In this document: positions 11,631 to 20,635 of the stretch, in pieces | Numbering within the stretch: the first letter of the stretch is position 1 | Layout: the number at the start of each line of letters is the position of its first letter | IMG/VR virus record: IMGVR_UViG_3300033073_001448 | Span: 1-64,000 of that record | Source: a virus | Lineage: Duplodnaviria; Caudoviricetes | Direction: 5' to 3' (one strand) | Length of the DNA: 64,000 bases | The notes under the pieces: generated by a model | What the model was told of the DNA's origin: nothing | The model's database searches: none | The model's input: only the letters and a program-made list of their open reading frames with translations | Translations under genes and position numbers: made by a program

Positions 11631-12418
11631 AAATCAATAACAATTCTTTTGGGGTGGTATGCGTGTTGACAAAACTCCGTATCACCCCTTCCTCTACAGT
11701 TGTTGACAAATCTTGCGTTGTTGCGTATTTGATCCACTGATCCATGATAATGACCAAAACACCAAGTATGTATTTTGTTCTCAGTGTCTTGACTCAATGC
11801 TGAACCAATAAAACTATTGCCCATTTGATTGAATTTGTGTTTACCCACTAGACCTATGTCATGTTCTATCAGCGCAGGATCGGGCACGGTATGTGTGACT
11901 ATCACAATCTTTTTAACATCGTTGTGTGTCTGTAGTCTTTTGACACTGCTGGAAAGATAGGTAGAATCTTGATTGCTCATTCTAGTCAGTCGTTTGATAG
12001 CGTCAGAACTAAGGCTGTGTTTGGCTTGAAACCAAATCGCACTTTCTGTGGGATCAATGGTCATATCAAAGTCCCATCCCCACCAGCCATTGGTGCCCAC
12101 AAATGCAATGTTGTCTACCACTGCCACATTGTCCTGGAGGTACACAACGTTTTTTAACTGACTGAGTTGTCTAGCCAGTGACCTATAACTTCCATCAAGG
12201 TCTTCCATGTAATTACGATGTTCATCGTTGCCATCGATGTAAAACACTGCTTGGTAACAGCGACCCAAATGTGCCAGTGTTTGGATTGCTAGTGAACGAT
12301 CACGTGCAACATCACCGGCTACCACACAGTAAGGGCTAGTGGCGCGATCGGACCAATCAAATGTGCCTTCCCAGGTTTCTACGTGTAAATCAGAAATTAA
12401 ATCAAATGCTAATGCCAT
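11627..12418 (-). CDS. calcineurin-like metallophosphoesterase
   Basis: SDLH, AGD, GNDE, THTVP, FGHYH motifs. Confidence 0.88.
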   Translation of the reverse strand: MALAFDLISDLHVETWEGTFDWSDRATSPYCVVAGDVARDRSLAIQTLAHLGRCYQAVFYIDGNDEHRNYMEDLDGSYRSLARQLSQLKNVVYLQDNVAVVDNIAFVGTNGWWGWDFDMTIDPTESAIWFQAKHSLSSDAIKRLTRMSNQDSTYLSSSVKRLQTHNDVKKIVIVTHTVPDPALIEHDIGLVGKHKFNQMGNSFIGSALSQDTENKIHTWCFGHYHGSVDQIRNNARFVNNCRGRGDTEFCQHAYHPKRIVIDF

Positions 12419-12442
12419 GATACATATTTAAAAGGAATTACA

Positions 12443-12820
12443 ATGAACATTATTTTTGGCCCACCTAGCGCAGACATGTTGGAAAAATACACAGTGTTAG
12501 AACTTGACACTTTCAAATTTCCCAACGATCGTGTTGCTACCAGTTATTGTGTGGTAGAAAAATTGCCACTAGAAGAGTTTATGATTGCTGAGTCATTGAA
12601 AAAAGTACATGCAGATCTCTTACACTATTATCGCCAGCGTGAGTGGAATTACTGTTTGCAGGCCATTGAAGGTCTCACTGGCAAATGGAATGGAGATCTG
12701 GACTCATTCTATACAAATCTAGCAGACAGAATCAAACAGTATCAGGAGTCTCCGCCACCTGAGTCATGGGACGGGTTTTTGGTCCGGGGGGACACAAGTT
12801 CCCAGACAGTAACTGGCTGA
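12443..12820 (+). CDS. hypothetical protein (TPR-like C-terminus ending PPESWDG)
   Basis: AAGGA SD; helical repeat pattern. Confidence 0.7.
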   Translation: MNIIFGPPSADMLEKYTVLELDTFKFPNDRVATSYCVVEKLPLEEFMIAESLKKVHADLLHYYRQREWNYCLQAIEGLTGKWNGDLDSFYTNLADRIKQYQESPPPESWDGFLVRGDTSSQTVTG

Positions 12821-13037
12821 ACCATTCAGTCATGTGACTTTCTTGCCCGGCCAAATACATAGGCCAGTAGTGTATTCTCAATGCAATATCAACCCCGAGA
12901 TCACAATAGTACTGACCTAACGGAGTATCCATCCAATAATCTAACCAAATATTGAGAGGATGGTTTTGCATAGCCTCTTGACATGCTTTTTGAATCTCAA
13001 CAGCAAGTCCAAGGCCAGTTTTAACAAAGTCTTGCAT
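12732..13037 (-). CDS. hypothetical protein
   Basis: AAGG SD, follows the glycosyltransferase-like gene; long 3-prime overlap lowers confidence. Confidence 0.4.
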   Translation of the reverse strand: MQDFVKTGLGLAVEIQKACQEAMQNHPLNIWLDYWMDTPLGQYYCDLGVDIALRIHYWPMYLAGQESHMTEWFSQLLSGNLCPPGPKTRPMTQVAETPDTV

Positions 13038-13049
13038 ACACCTTACTTT

Positions 13050-14315
13050 TTAGTGGGTGACGGACCTGGAGGACGCTTCACGGGTTTGTGTTTGAACCAA
13101 CTCATTGTCAATCTCCTTTGAGTTATTTACCCACTGTTTGTGTATTTTTTCTGCGTACTCAATTACACTGTTTGGTATTGAATCCCGCACCCCTTTAAAA
13201 GAATCAATATGTCTAAAAAAATATGCACCGCTTTGATGTTTTTTTACTTCTTTTATGCCCTGGGCAATATTTGACTCAAATTCAGTTATTACCTGGTTAA
13301 TAAACTTTTTGCTGAAAAAGTGCTGCTGATTGTATCTAGCAATTGATCTTGCCAATGTCAAGTCAACATCAGTTAAATTTTTCATTAGTTTTACAATTGC
13401 ATGCAGTCTTTGAATCGGATCACTGATTGAATCATAGGACTCGTCCCAGCACTGATGATATGTTTGAAATCCGTACCTGCGAAGGTATTCCAAACTTCCA
13501 GGAGTTGAGCACAACACAAAAGGTTGGCCCACTGCTATAGCCCTTAAAGTTTTTTCAGTCAAATGCCATCTTGCGTCGTCAAACAGTGTTTCAAGCACAA
13601 TCTCAATGTCGGTGGATTGATAATCTGTAGCACAATAATCGGCACTGGCCCAACTTGGTGCGGTATTTAAAGGAAAGAATTTTTCTAAGTTATCTCTAGC
13701 AGGACGAAACTGTTCATTAACAAAACAATGAGACACATAAGGTTCGTTGTCGTCTGTGGGATTGAAAGAGGTCACACAGCAGTCGTGAAGATTGTTATCA
13801 ACCAGCAGATCTGCTAATTTAAGTCTGTATTCTCTAGAACCTTTCCATGCTCTGTTGTAAATTAAAAACTTTTTATGTTGTGTTTTTTCTTTGAGCGTGT
13901 GATCATACTCTGCGTATCTAAACCAATCTCTAGCAATGAGTGCGTGGCTCCAGTAATATACTAACACAGCACCGTCACGATCAAACTTTTCTGCTTCAGC
14001 ACTGTTGAGTTCGCTATGTACAAGAATCGGTTTGTCGTAGGTACTGAACCTACCAACCTTTACTCTGAGTTTAGAAAAAGGATAGTTAGCTATTTTGTAT
14101 CCTGCTGAAACTCCTGCCCAGATATCAAAATTCAATGGTTCCTGATCGTGAAATAAAATTGGAACATTGAGAAATGCTTTTACGCTGTCGGGCGAATACA
14201 AGGGTCTAACATCTTCGGGTTTTTTTGAACCGTGTGGGTAGAAGTGATAAATTAACACATCGTGGTTGCAACGATCATGCAAAAAGTTATATAATCTATC
14301 TAAAGGAACACTCAT
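13050..14315 (-). CDS. glycosyltransferase-like protein
   Basis: FLIYNR..REYR, IVLETLF, HLTEKT, GQPF, GFQTY..WDESYD pattern resembling GT10-like phage proteins. Confidence 0.6.
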   Translation of the reverse strand: MSVPLDRLYNFLHDRCNHDVLIYHFYPHGSKKPEDVRPLYSPDSVKAFLNVPILFHDQEPLNFDIWAGVSAGYKIANYPFSKLRVKVGRFSTYDKPILVHSELNSAEAEKFDRDGAVLVYYWSHALIARDWFRYAEYDHTLKEKTQHKKFLIYNRAWKGSREYRLKLADLLVDNNLHDCCVTSFNPTDDNEPYVSHCFVNEQFRPARDNLEKFFPLNTAPSWASADYCATDYQSTDIEIVLETLFDDARWHLTEKTLRAIAVGQPFVLCSTPGSLEYLRRYGFQTYHQCWDESYDSISDPIQRLHAIVKLMKNLTDVDLTLARSIARYNQQHFFSKKFINQVITEFESNIAQGIKEVKKHQSGAYFFRHIDSFKGVRDSIPNSVIEYAEKIHKQWVNNSKEIDNELVQTQTREASSRSVTH

Positions 14316-15557
14316 ATGGCAAAAATTGGTTTTATTGGTATTGGCAAACTAGGTTTGGACTGTGCCGAAGTCATGGCGGAAAAGCACGAAGTGCGAGGCT
14401 ATGATATTTACCCGCGCTCCAGCGACTCAGTAAAAGTCTGCAATATTGATGAACTTGTAAACGAAAGCGAATGGATTTTCATTGCAGTACCCACCCCTCA
14501 TGCCGAAGGATACGATGGTTCAGTACCAAGTTCGCACATGGACCCACGAGACTTTGGCCATGACGCTGTGATTGATGCTATTCAAAACGTCAACACCTAT
14601 GCCAAGTCTGGCAAGAAGGTTGTATTGATTTCCACTGTATTACCTGGTACCACTAGAGCGAAGTTTGTGCCATTGCTGGACAAGAAACATCAATTCTTGT
14701 ACAACCCTTATCTAATTGCCATGGGTAGTGTGAAGTGGGACATGGTGAACCCCGAAATGATCATGATTGGCACCGAAGACGGAAACCCTAATGCTCTAGC
14801 AGGCGAACTCAGAGCACTGTATGACACAGTGATGCAAAACAATCCACGCTATGAAATTGGCACCTGGGACGAATGTGAAGCAATCAAGATTTTCTACAAC
14901 ACATTTATTTCTGCCAAAGTTGGCCTAGTAAACATGATTCAAGACTTTGCCATGCGTATTGGCAACATCAATGTAGACGTTGTGACCAATGCTCTAGCAA
15001 GATCAACCATGCGTATCATGGGGCCTAAGTATATGACAGCAGGCATGGGAGATGCTGGCGCTTGCCATCCACGAGACAACATTGCTCTGCGTTGGCTAGC
15101 TCAAGAATACAACATTGGCTACGACTTGTTTGACACAGTGATGCATGCTAGAGAAATCCAGGCCAAGAACCTAGGCTTATTCATGTTAGATATTTCAGTA
15201 ATGAATAACAATATGCCTATCTACATTCATGGCAAGGCCTACAAGCCCGACGTTGAATACTGTATTGGTTCATACTCTACCTTGGTAGGACACTATATTG
15301 AACAAGAAGGTCGAGAAGTACACTACATTGATCCCTTGGCTGACAACAAAGACAAAGTGGTTGACAGTATCAACGGGCCTGCTGTTATTTTATGGGCACA
15401 CGATCGTCAGATCACTTATGAATACACCGGCGACCAAGACAAAACCAAACCTTACTGCGAAATTCCTGCAGGTTCAATCATTGTAGATCCTTGGCGCAAA
15501 CTAAAGTCTGCTGACAATATTGAAGTCATTCACTATGGCAACACCCGCGGTGTTTAA
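14316..15557 (+). CDS. UDP-glucose/GDP-mannose dehydrogenase family protein
   Basis: GIGKLG Rossmann motif, AVPTP, STVLPGT, EAIKIFYN, GACHPRD catalytic Cys. Confidence 0.9.
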   Translation: MAKIGFIGIGKLGLDCAEVMAEKHEVRGYDIYPRSSDSVKVCNIDELVNESEWIFIAVPTPHAEGYDGSVPSSHMDPRDFGHDAVIDAIQNVNTYAKSGKKVVLISTVLPGTTRAKFVPLLDKKHQFLYNPYLIAMGSVKWDMVNPEMIMIGTEDGNPNALAGELRALYDTVMQNNPRYEIGTWDECEAIKIFYNTFISAKVGLVNMIQDFAMRIGNINVDVVTNALARSTMRIMGPKYMTAGMGDAGACHPRDNIALRWLAQEYNIGYDLFDTVMHAREIQAKNLGLFMLDISVMNNNMPIYIHGKAYKPDVEYCIGSYSTLVGHYIEQEGREVHYIDPLADNKDKVVDSINGPAVILWAHDRQITYEYTGDQDKTKPYCEIPAGSIIVDPWRKLKSADNIEVIHYGNTRGV

Positions 15558-16053
15558 ATATCACATTGAACGGTTCTGGGATGACGAGTTCAAAACTCTA
15601 GACTATATTCAGGAACCTTTCAATGATCCAGTAAGTGTAAACTTATGGATCAGTCAAGGATACCAAAGCAAAATCACAGGAGATCTCTGTGACATGAGAC
15701 ATCGTTTGCCTAGTTGGACCAGTAAGTTTATTAAAATTTACGAGTTGCAAGGATGGAAAGATGTTGGAATTGCATTCTATCGTATGCGCACTGGCACAGT
15801 AATGCCAGTTCACTCTGACTTATACAAACGCTATATAGAATTATTTGATCTACAAGGTCAAGAGACTTCAATTCGCCGAGCATTGTTGTTGTTAGAGGAT
15901 TGGAAGTCTGGACACTACCTTGAAGTTGAAGGTCGTCCATATGTAAATTGGCGAGCCGGAGATACAGTAGAGTGGGTGTATGACACCCCACATTCTGCAG
16001 CCAACATTGGCTTAGAGGATCGTTATACATTGCAAATCACAGGACATTTATGA
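15535..16053 (+). CDS. cupin / 2OG-Fe(II) oxygenase-like protein
   Basis: PVHSD (HxD), PHSAAN, RYTLQITG. Confidence 0.75.
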   Translation: MATPAVFKYHIERFWDDEFKTLDYIQEPFNDPVSVNLWISQGYQSKITGDLCDMRHRLPSWTSKFIKIYELQGWKDVGIAFYRMRTGTVMPVHSDLYKRYIELFDLQGQETSIRRALLLLEDWKSGHYLEVEGRPYVNWRAGDTVEWVYDTPHSAANIGLEDRYTLQITGHL

Positions 16054-16961
16054 TATCAAGTTGGAACGAGTGGTCACCACTAAAAAAAGTTATTGTGGGA
16101 GATGCTACTCATGCTAACTGGCCGGTTCACGATCCTGTGTTCTCTCGAGAATCAGAAAAAACAACCTGGAAAGAAACCCCAGTGCCACGTGGTCCTGTGC
16201 CGCAATGGATTATAGACGAAACAAACGAAGATTTAGATGATCTAGCAACGACCTTGACAAGTCTAGGTGTAGAAGTCATACGCCCGGACCCACTCAACTT
16301 CCAAATTCATGATGGTATGTATAACTACTGCCCTCGTGATCGTTTGTTAGTCTACGGTAGTGCTATTGTGAACCCTGCTATGATGTATCCATGTAGAGAC
16401 ATGGAGCTACAATGTTATCATGATGTTGTAGATTCAGCAGAGCATTATTATTTCATGCCCAGGCACGAAGGTATGATATTGGATGCTGCCAACGTATGTA
16501 GGCTAGGAAATTCTATGTTATTTTTAGAATCAGCCAGCGGTAATCGTCAAGCCTATGAGTGGTTGTGCAAACAATTCCCTGGCGTCACAATTGAATTGTG
16601 TAACTTTTATGCAGGAGTACACATTGATTCTACCATTGTCCCACTTCGGGAAGGATTGGTTATGCTTAACACTAGTCGTGTAAACTTTGATAATGTTCCT
16701 CGTGTGTTTGACGGGTGGCATAAAATTTGGGTCAATGACGTAGTGGCGCAGGATTTTTATCAATACCCTTATGCTTCTAAATGGATCGCTATGAATATGC
16801 TAGTTGTTGATCCCAACACAGTAATATGCGATGCCGATCAACCTGAGTTAATCAAAACATTAGAAGCATACAAATTCACAGTGATTCCAAAAACACTCCG
16901 CCACAGCAGAACACTGGGCGGAGGATTTCATTGTGTGACTTTGGATTTAGTAAGAAGTTAG
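16050..16961 (+). CDS. amidinotransferase (glycine/inosamine-phosphate amidinotransferase family)
   Basis: SWNEWSPLK, CPRD, DAAN, HIDST, GGGFHCVT. Confidence 0.9.
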   Translation: MISSWNEWSPLKKVIVGDATHANWPVHDPVFSRESEKTTWKETPVPRGPVPQWIIDETNEDLDDLATTLTSLGVEVIRPDPLNFQIHDGMYNYCPRDRLLVYGSAIVNPAMMYPCRDMELQCYHDVVDSAEHYYFMPRHEGMILDAANVCRLGNSMLFLESASGNRQAYEWLCKQFPGVTIELCNFYAGVHIDSTIVPLREGLVMLNTSRVNFDNVPRVFDGWHKIWVNDVVAQDFYQYPYASKWIAMNMLVVDPNTVICDADQPELIKTLEAYKFTVIPKTLRHSRTLGGGFHCVTLDLVRS

Positions 16962-17266
16962 TCTTGAACTATTTCAATTGAGCGTGACCAATTGTTTGTG
17001 TCATTGGCGGCCGCCCAGGTAATGCAAAAATCAAGGTATTCTTGAGCCACAGACAACGATTGCCATGTCATAGTAACTGTGATTTCAGTGTCAGTTACTA
17101 CAATCTGTGTTTCGTCGCCACGATATCTAGGCAACTCTCCCCGATTTACCAAATCAATGAGTTTTTCTCTACCTTCGGGGTGAATAGCCGGGTTGAGACG
17201 GTCAAAAGTTGGGCTCAAATCAATCGGAGCACCTGGATCGAAAATCTGGACAGTTTTGATAGCCAT
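16958..17266 (-). CDS. hypothetical protein
   Basis: AGGA SD and TAAATA upstream on minus strand. Confidence 0.65.
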   Translation of the reverse strand: MAIKTVQIFDPGAPIDLSPTFDRLNPAIHPEGREKLIDLVNRGELPRYRGDETQIVVTDTEITVTMTWQSLSVAQEYLDFCITWAAANDTNNWSRSIEIVQD

Positions 17267-17291
17267 AAAGTATATTCCTAACGTAATAAGG

Positions 17292-17320
17292 TTGACAAGG
17301 TATTTATTAGAAGTTATAAT
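17292..17320 (+). promoter_or_regulatory. sigma70 promoter, leaderless start of uvsE
   Basis: TTGACA-17-TATAAT, ATG 6 nt downstream. Confidence 0.8.
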
Positions 17321-17326
17321 TACTGT

Positions 17327-18358
17327 ATGACTATTCCACGCTTTGGCTTTTGTTGCAAGTGGCTCAATGATCCCAGTGAAACTGGTGGCATGAAAGTCAA
17401 TGCAAAGGACCGTGATATCAACGGCAGATCAACTACTATGCGCTGGCTCCGTGAGCATGCGGACGAGGCTGAACAACGTCAGTGGGACATTATGAACCAC
17501 AATGCTCGTGCGGCTCTGCTCATGGTAGAACGTGTGGGCACACTTCCGCCTGAACGGCGCATGGTACGACTGGGGTCAGAAATGCTACAAGGCTATACTG
17601 AACCCTCATGGATTGATTGGTGGCAACGACGTGAAATACAAGATCACTGTGAAAAGATATTTGCACCGGTGGGTGACGCTGCTCGTCGACTGGGTGTTCG
17701 GTTATCATTCCATCCAGGACAGTTTTGTGTGCTTGCAAGCGAATCGGATGAAATTGTGGAGCGATCAATTCTCGAATTTGAGTACCATGCTGATATGGCC
17801 CGATGGATGGGATATGGCAGCACCTGGCACGATTCGGGCTTCAAGATCAACGTTCACTTATCGGGCAAGGGCGGTGCTGAGAAGTTTCTGCGAACCCTGG
17901 GCCGATTATCTCCAGAGGCTCGCAACCTCATAACCATCGAAAACGACGAGGTATCAAATGGTCTCGATATTAGTTTGCTTGTGGCTGAGCATGTTGCTCT
18001 TGTGCTGGATATTCACCATCACTGGGTCAAAACGGGCGAATACATCAGCCCTGAAGACTCTCGTGTCCAGCGGGTTATTGAGTCTTGGCGTGGTCAGCGT
18101 CCTGCTCTTCACTTTTCTACTAGCCGCGAAGATCTTTTGGTCGACCATGATCCAGGAGTTCGACCCAACTTGGATTCTCTTATTGCTAGAGGTTTTAAAA
18201 AACAGCAACTCCGGGCACACAGTGATTTCTGCTGGAATCACGCTGTGAATGATTGGGCATTGACATTCAGTGAGCACTTTGACATTCAAGTTGAAGCCAA
18301 GGGCAAGAATCTAGCAACACAACAACTTTATGAACAACATCTTAGCCGGAATATTTGA
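17327..18358 (+). CDS. uvsE: UV damage endonuclease UvsE
   Basis: RLSFHPGQF, LEFEYH, INVH, IENDE, LDIHHH, RAHSD, VEAKGK. Confidence 0.93.
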   Translation: MTIPRFGFCCKWLNDPSETGGMKVNAKDRDINGRSTTMRWLREHADEAEQRQWDIMNHNARAALLMVERVGTLPPERRMVRLGSEMLQGYTEPSWIDWWQRREIQDHCEKIFAPVGDAARRLGVRLSFHPGQFCVLASESDEIVERSILEFEYHADMARWMGYGSTWHDSGFKINVHLSGKGGAEKFLRTLGRLSPEARNLITIENDEVSNGLDISLLVAEHVALVLDIHHHWVKTGEYISPEDSRVQRVIESWRGQRPALHFSTSREDLLVDHDPGVRPNLDSLIARGFKKQQLRAHSDFCWNHAVNDWALTFSEHFDIQVEAKGKNLATQQLYEQHLSRNI

Positions 18359-18617
18359 TTGGATACGAAATGACTTTAAGTCTCACCCAGTTCGCTTTGC
18401 TATTGAGTTGCTTGCTTGGGTTGTTAGTATTGGTTGCTCGATTACTATGGCGGTCACAGTCCCAAACCCTCCGCTTCTTACTCTTTATCCCATTTGGATT
18501 TCTGGCTGTGCTATGTACGCTTGGGCTGCTTGGACTCGGAAATCTTTTGGCATGTTGGCTAACTATCTACTGTTGACTACTATTGATACTATTGGACTTG
18601 TAAGAATGTTGCTCTAA
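18330..18617 (+). CDS. small membrane protein
   Basis: 3 hydrophobic segments. Confidence 0.75.
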   Translation: MNNILAGIFDWIRNDFKSHPVRFAIELLAWVVSIGCSITMAVTVPNPPLLTLYPIWISGCAMYAWAAWTRKSFGMLANYLLLTTIDTIGLVRMLL

Positions 18618-18627
18618 TAAATAGGGA

Positions 18628-19266
18628 ATGAACCCTACCATTGCATTATTCTTACATCACCCCAGAGGATCAGTGCAATGTGGCAATGGCATTATCAAAT
18701 CATTACAAAAATACTACAACTTCAAAATATTCACTAGGCACGAACTTGAAACTGACTTTTTCAACGACGTAGATTGTGTGGCTTTCCCCGGCGGTGTAGG
18801 AGATGCAGACTCCTACGACTGGTTACTACAAGTCAATGGCGTCGCAATACAACAATTTGTACATCGGGGCGGAAAGTATCTTGGCATTTGCATGGGTGCA
18901 TATTGGGCAGATCAAATTTATTTTGATATTTTGCAAGATCTTAGAGTAGTACAATATATCAAGCGGCCAGGCACTGATACTCGCCGACCACATCCCAAAG
19001 CCTGCGCTGTTAATTGGCGAGGACAGTTGGAAAAAATGTATTTCTACGATGGGTGCGCTATAGTAGGGTCTGGGGCCTGTGATGTTATTGCTACCTATGC
19101 CAACGGTGATGCCATGGCTGTGATTCAAAACAACATTGGTATTGTGGGCTGTCATCCCGAAAGTCAGGATTTTTGGTACGACAAATCATATCTAAGGTCT
19201 CACTGGCATCATGGGCGGCACAATGATTTGTTGCTAGAGTTTGTTGATCAATTGATGTGTAAGTAA
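18628..19266 (+). CDS. class I glutamine amidotransferase-like (BPL_N-like) protein
   Basis: FPGG, YLGICMGAY nucleophile elbow, HPE. Confidence 0.85.
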   Translation: MNPTIALFLHHPRGSVQCGNGIIKSLQKYYNFKIFTRHELETDFFNDVDCVAFPGGVGDADSYDWLLQVNGVAIQQFVHRGGKYLGICMGAYWADQIYFDILQDLRVVQYIKRPGTDTRRPHPKACAVNWRGQLEKMYFYDGCAIVGSGACDVIATYANGDAMAVIQNNIGIVGCHPESQDFWYDKSYLRSHWHHGRHNDLLLEFVDQLMCK

Positions 19267-19288
19267 AAAGCCCCTTGCGGGGCTTTTT
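19265..19288. terminator. bidirectional intrinsic terminator
   Basis: AAAAAGCCCC-TTGC-GGGGCTTTTT between convergent genes. Confidence 0.85.
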
Positions 19289-19613
19289 ATTTGGTCTTAG
19301 GCTTGCGTGGCGCCCTAGGTTTGGCAGGTGCTTTCATAGCAGCCGGCTTAGATGTTTTCTTCTTGGCAGGTGCTTTTTGAGCAGGTTGGGCCTTTACAAC
19401 CGGTTTGTTTGGGTTGTCTGGATGTTGATCCCATTCCGTTTGAGTTAACTTGTGCAATCCAACACAATGGCCAGAGGAACTGCGACCACATCCGCACTTG
19501 GCAGGTTCCGGTGGGACCATAACAGGTGTGACCACAGGTGTTTCTACCTTGTAAGGCGCCTCAGTTGTTGGTGGCTCCTTGGGTTTGAAAAAACTTTTTA
19601 AAAGTCTAAGCAT
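19287..19613 (-). CDS. CDGSH-like Fe-S protein with Lys/Pro/Ala-rich tail
   Basis: CGCGRSSSGHCVGLH motif; AGGAG SD. Confidence 0.65.
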   Translation of the reverse strand: MLRLLKSFFKPKEPPTTEAPYKVETPVVTPVMVPPEPAKCGCGRSSSGHCVGLHKLTQTEWDQHPDNPNKPVVKAQPAQKAPAKKKTSKPAAMKAPAKPRAPRKPKTK

Positions 19614-19676
19614 AATATTCTCCTATTGAGTATTTACGAAATTAGTGACCAAACACTAGAAAAAACACACCAAAAA

Positions 19677-19693
19677 ATGTTGCGACGCAACAT
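19677..19693. promoter_or_regulatory. palindromic operator (PhaR-box-like) over the -35
   Basis: ATGTTGCG-A-CGCAACAT; TTGCGA-18-TATAAT. Confidence 0.55.
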
Positions 19694-19718
19694 AATTATC
19701 ATATATAATATAGACTGA

Positions 19719-19771
19719 GGACGCTGAATAGGTCAGGTCCCAATCGTAAACTCGCTTAATAAGGAGAAACC
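19719..19771 (+). promoter_or_regulatory. ROSE-like twin-hairpin leader
   Basis: GGAC-G-CTGA/TCAG-GTCC and CTCGCTT/AAGGAG. Confidence 0.6.
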
Positions 19772-20032
19772 ATGTTTACAGCAGACTTTTTCATCGACAC
19801 CGTACAAACCGGTAAGAAATCTTTCGTTAATACCTTTGTTCAACACGAGCCTACCAAAAAGGCCATGATTGAATTCATCGACGCCCAAGCCTCTTACACC
19901 AAAGAAGCAGTTAAAACTGGAACCAAGTTGGTTACCAAATTGGCCGACGAAGGCATGAAAGCCGCACAAGAAGTTACCAAATTTGACATGAGCAAATTCG
20001 ACTTCAGCAAAGCATTTGCCACTAAAAAGTAA
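19772..20032 (+). CDS. phasin-like amphipathic helical protein
   Basis: 86 aa amphipathic helices; PhaR-like box upstream. Confidence 0.5.
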   Translation: MFTADFFIDTVQTGKKSFVNTFVQHEPTKKAMIEFIDAQASYTKEAVKTGTKLVTKLADEGMKAAQEVTKFDMSKFDFSKAFATKK

Positions 20033-20053
20033 TACCTAAGTATTAATTTTCTC

Positions 20054-20075
20054 AAGCCCCAATTTTTGGGGCTTT
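20054..20075 (+). terminator. intrinsic terminator
   Basis: AAGCCCCAA-TTT-TTGGGGCTTT. Confidence 0.75.
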
Positions 20076-20078
20076 CTC

Positions 20079-20107
20079 TTGACCGGAAATTCTAGTTTTG
20101 CTATAAT
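20079..20107 (+). promoter_or_regulatory. sigma70 promoter
   Basis: TTGACC-17-TATAAT. Confidence 0.8.
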
Positions 20108-20116
20108 TACGATATT

Positions 20117-20275
20117 ATGAAAGCCATACAGTTTAAGATTCAACCTCCTAAGGAGCGTCGACACCGTGCCCTGTTTGATCAGGACCTGCCGTTCCGCGCC
20201 CGTGTGGAACGTCCCAAAACTGAGTATCGTCGTCGACCCAAACACACCAAGCGAGGGTACGATGAATCTGCGTGA
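20117..20275 (+). CDS. ArfA-like alternative ribosome rescue factor (52 aa, not in ORF track)
   Basis: ALFDQDLPFRARVERPKTEYRRRPKH aligns with the ArfA core ALLHDPLFRQRVE...YMRKGKH. Confidence 0.65.
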   Translation: MKAIQFKIQPPKERRHRALFDQDLPFRARVERPKTEYRRRPKHTKRGYDESA

Positions 20276-20420
20276 ATTAATTGTTGGACGAATCCTATTT
20301 GCGTGTGATGAGGAAATTTTGATTCGCAACCACGGCATCACAGAAGATGAAGTAGAAGAGTTAAGCGACCTAGATTTGTTTGAGCTCTTTGAATCTGTTT
20401 TCTTGGAAGAAATTAAATGA
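20262..20420 (+). CDS. hypothetical protein
   Basis: GAGG SD, MNLRELIVG... Confidence 0.65.
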   Translation: MNLRELIVGRILFACDEEILIRNHGITEDEVEELSDLDLFELFESVFLEEIK

Positions 20421-20635
20421 TATCTTTTACTCCCGAACAAGACCAATACCTGCAACTGGCTCAAACTCGTGCTTACTATGATGGCGTGCGCGAAGGCGTG
20501 ACTATGTATGCCCACTGGAAAGATGGTGAGCAGTATGTGGGCACCACTGGTCGCACACTCAAAGAAGCCATTGAGCGAGTGAGCTTGGCCGAAGCCGATG
20601 TGCTGAGTCGTTTTCGCAACATGGCATTGATCTAA
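20417..20635 (+). CDS. hypothetical protein
   Basis: ATGA coupling; AHWKDGEQYVGTTG. Confidence 0.7.
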   Translation: MISFTPEQDQYLQLAQTRAYYDGVREGVTMYAHWKDGEQYVGTTGRTLKEAIERVSLAEADVLSRFRNMALI

